Below are positions 63,001 through 64,000 of a stretch of DNA of 64,000 nucleotides, piece by piece. Where the stretch lies: the NCBI GenBank assembly GCA_963674865.2, contig CAXXYE010000006.1, forward strand, positions 192,001-256,000, written 5' to 3'. The position numbers were made by a program, and so were the translations under genes. Origin of the DNA: Candidatus Hydrogenedentota bacterium (lineage in GTDB: Bacteria; Hydrogenedentota; Hydrogenedentia; Hydrogenedentales; SLHB01). How positions within the stretch are numbered: the first letter of the stretch is position 1; every line of letters starts with the position of its first letter. The notes below the pieces were generated by a model. It had not been told where the DNA came from, ran no database searches, and was given only the letters and a program-made list of their open reading frames with translations.

Positions 63001-64000
63001 GGGCGCCCCGAGCAGGTTGGCGACGGTGGCCCACTTCTCCGCGGCGATGAGGACGTTCTCGCCCAACCGGTTGCCGATTTTGAGATTAGTGCGCGACATC
63101 GCCGTCGCGGCGTGGTACAAAGCCATGTCCCGCGATGTAACCGGCAGGTGCGCGCCCTTTTCCGCGACTTCATCCGAGATGGCGGCCACGAGGTCGCCCA
63201 GTGTGCCTTGCCGGTACTTCGGCACCAGCGCCTCGTGCCAATCGGTAGGCGGCGTCTGATCGATGTTGTCGCTGCGGACGGACAGGCCCATGGCATGGAC
63301 GTCGTCCTCCGTTGCACCGCCGCGCTTCTGCGGCAGGCCGACGCCGTCCAACGCAAGGTGATCAAAAAACGGCGGGAAGTTGAAGATGTGCTTGTCCCAG
63401 GACACGCCGGTGCACCCGCTCTTGCGGGAAATCTGCGAGAGTTGATTGGGATGTCCAAACACATCTCCCGGCCCATACACGCGGCAGATATTGCCCAGCA
63501 CACGCCCGTGGAATAGCTGCCCGTAAAGGAAGTTCCGCACCAGCGCTTCGCCGCCGCAGTTCTGCTCGTTGGGCTGGTTGTACATCACGTCGGCCTCGGC
63601 GCGCCCTTCACGGAACGCGGCCAGGAGCGTCTCGCGATCCTCGGGATACACGTCGAAATACGGCTTGAGATAGTCCACTTCGGAGATGATCGAGCGGAAA
63701 TTCGGATCCTGCCGGTGCAGGGCGCAATACTGCCGCACGATCTCGAAGGCGCCCATGGCGTAGACGCGCTGCTCCTCGTGGTACGTGGTGTCAAAGTGGA
63801 ACGCCGACAAGACGAAGTTTGTGCCGTCATACTTGGGCGGTGTCGCTGCTGCGTATTCGATGGCAGTCTCGATAGTTTCGCCATAGAGCCGGGCGGAGAG
63901 CGCCGCCTTCACGGCCGTGCCGGCCGCTTTGCGCGGCGTCGCCAAGGAAAGGCGCACGGTAGTCACCTGGTTTGGAGCGCACACAATCTCGGCGGAATCC
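60046..64000 (-). CDS. GH38 alpha-mannosidase-like protein, 5' end beyond the window
   Basis: HFD, DVFGH, HHDSITG, VFNSMAWER, IENEFY and LLEE. The frame is open to the window edge. Confidence 0.88.
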   Translation of the reverse strand, partial: DSAEIVCAPNQVTTVRLSLATPRKAAGTAVKAALSARLYGETIETAIEYAAATPPKYDGTNFVLSAFHFDTTYHEEQRVYAMGAFEIVRQYCALHRQDPNFRSIISEVDYLKPYFDVYPEDRETLLAAFREGRAEADVMYNQPNEQNCGGEALVRNFLYGQLFHGRVLGNICRVYGPGDVFGHPNQLSQISRKSGCTGVSWDKHIFNFPPFFDHLALDGVGLPQKRGGATEDDVHAMGLSVRSDNIDQTPPTDWHEALVPKYRQGTLGDLVAAISDEVAEKGAHLPVTSRDMALYHAATAMSRTNLKIGNRLGENVLIAAEKWATVANLLGAPYPEKALDKAWRQILCGQHHDSITGTHNEISYVDLMNSYRETLELGSDVLCRSLDYLGKAIDPGKAERPLVVFNSMAWERTDVVRMTVNPQGMKSFALQDHTGKNVPFEVANIRRNRKGGIDSANIVFVARKLPSLGYRAYKLVTSSKSLPEVTPRTGAVIENEFYRIEVDPNRGGGISSLYDKKAGREVLDQDSIHVGNEVAVLQEVPDRLETQHEFYTTGLKMFSSEYAAEVTVEKGAVSATIRVKYALDEVAGAIQEITLFKGVKRVEFRTILLDWQPEDYLFCVTFPTNLKGAVPVFDERFGVVARNESKGYLDFRTHRQCMFSDCAVYAANKWMELGSTAELRMGRNAYALSMVGLITPENEADVRIAEEMQRTMIKKGVTCTPWFDKDGPHWGSYVYHMDEDLLYTRFRISIGARGKNAYTRKLLKAQPAKVRKAFDARLKKNGHAFLFVKDGDLLDKSWPAVPVLIIEAANQNALAEACGGLLAEFPKTAAIKLPAEIDATGERHTVDDYGVAVINEGTYANSVEKDGVICMMLAHTCQWYGGTNNFPEGYLVPEQKNHVFRYALYPHQGDWRKADTQRAGHDFNHPLVARETKPAAKPCLPPEQALLSVKPKNVILAAMKPYGNPIASFEKNAVSDAAQGIALRLYDTEGVDTRADVAFGAGVKQAWTADLLEERQADLSASGKGIALDVPAFSIETVGFVPEKLGRKMGKKSLGAEAEQVQPVWVRSWEHDAESMPLGYEPVVCSISREVHEEDGGKRLKLRVNCINDFTDADVAGKAEILVPDGWAAEPNVVSYQLGPLAYQSTDVLVTRPEADASGQVKLRHTYDGQVFQDVLEIGESFELDMEVKNAGDVIEVTVTNPTTGAVDGEVALVTPIETWPRDVAGPYSLLDISPRTQPISLDAGASVTLKYTVTSTVDHEALGSRSYWAVAKLMSNGRIVLKRCDERPGRRLQSDGTWLDALRERELARRSGDKKA

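Overview
GC-rich bacterial chromosomal segment with about 45 genes. No tRNA, rRNA, CRISPR array, transposase or phage gene was recognised. A beta-barrel protein ending in Phe implies a diderm cell. The gene styles resemble PVC-like or Candidatus Hydrogenedentes-type genomes, which is inference only. In order, the window holds: the 3' part of an N-type F-ATPase operon (atpQ-R-B-E-F-A-G, c subunit with Na+ ligands); an MFS transporter and a polysaccharide deacetylase; a metal-uptake unit (DtxR-FeoA fusion, feoB, Cys-rich small protein, alginate-export-type porin) with two matching palindromic operators; a DegT aminotransferase, an Ogl-like protein and a GH95-like hydrolase; an orphan FlaG-like gene behind a sigma28-type promoter; a Bax inhibitor-1 protein; a split transhydrogenase (pntA1/A2/B); an atypical Rrf2 regulator; and mdh-icd-gltA. 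After these come several glycan-active genes, rny-ymdB-smc-GT4-hydrolase with a long leader containing a 6S-RNA-like candidate, purE, a symporter/sulfatase/sialidase cluster, an inositol monophosphatase with a histone-like tail, PmoA-family, DUF72 and TPR genes, and a truncated GH38. Four +1 frameshifts cluster at 26.4-28.3 kb and are probably consensus errors. All family calls come from motif recognition, not database searches.
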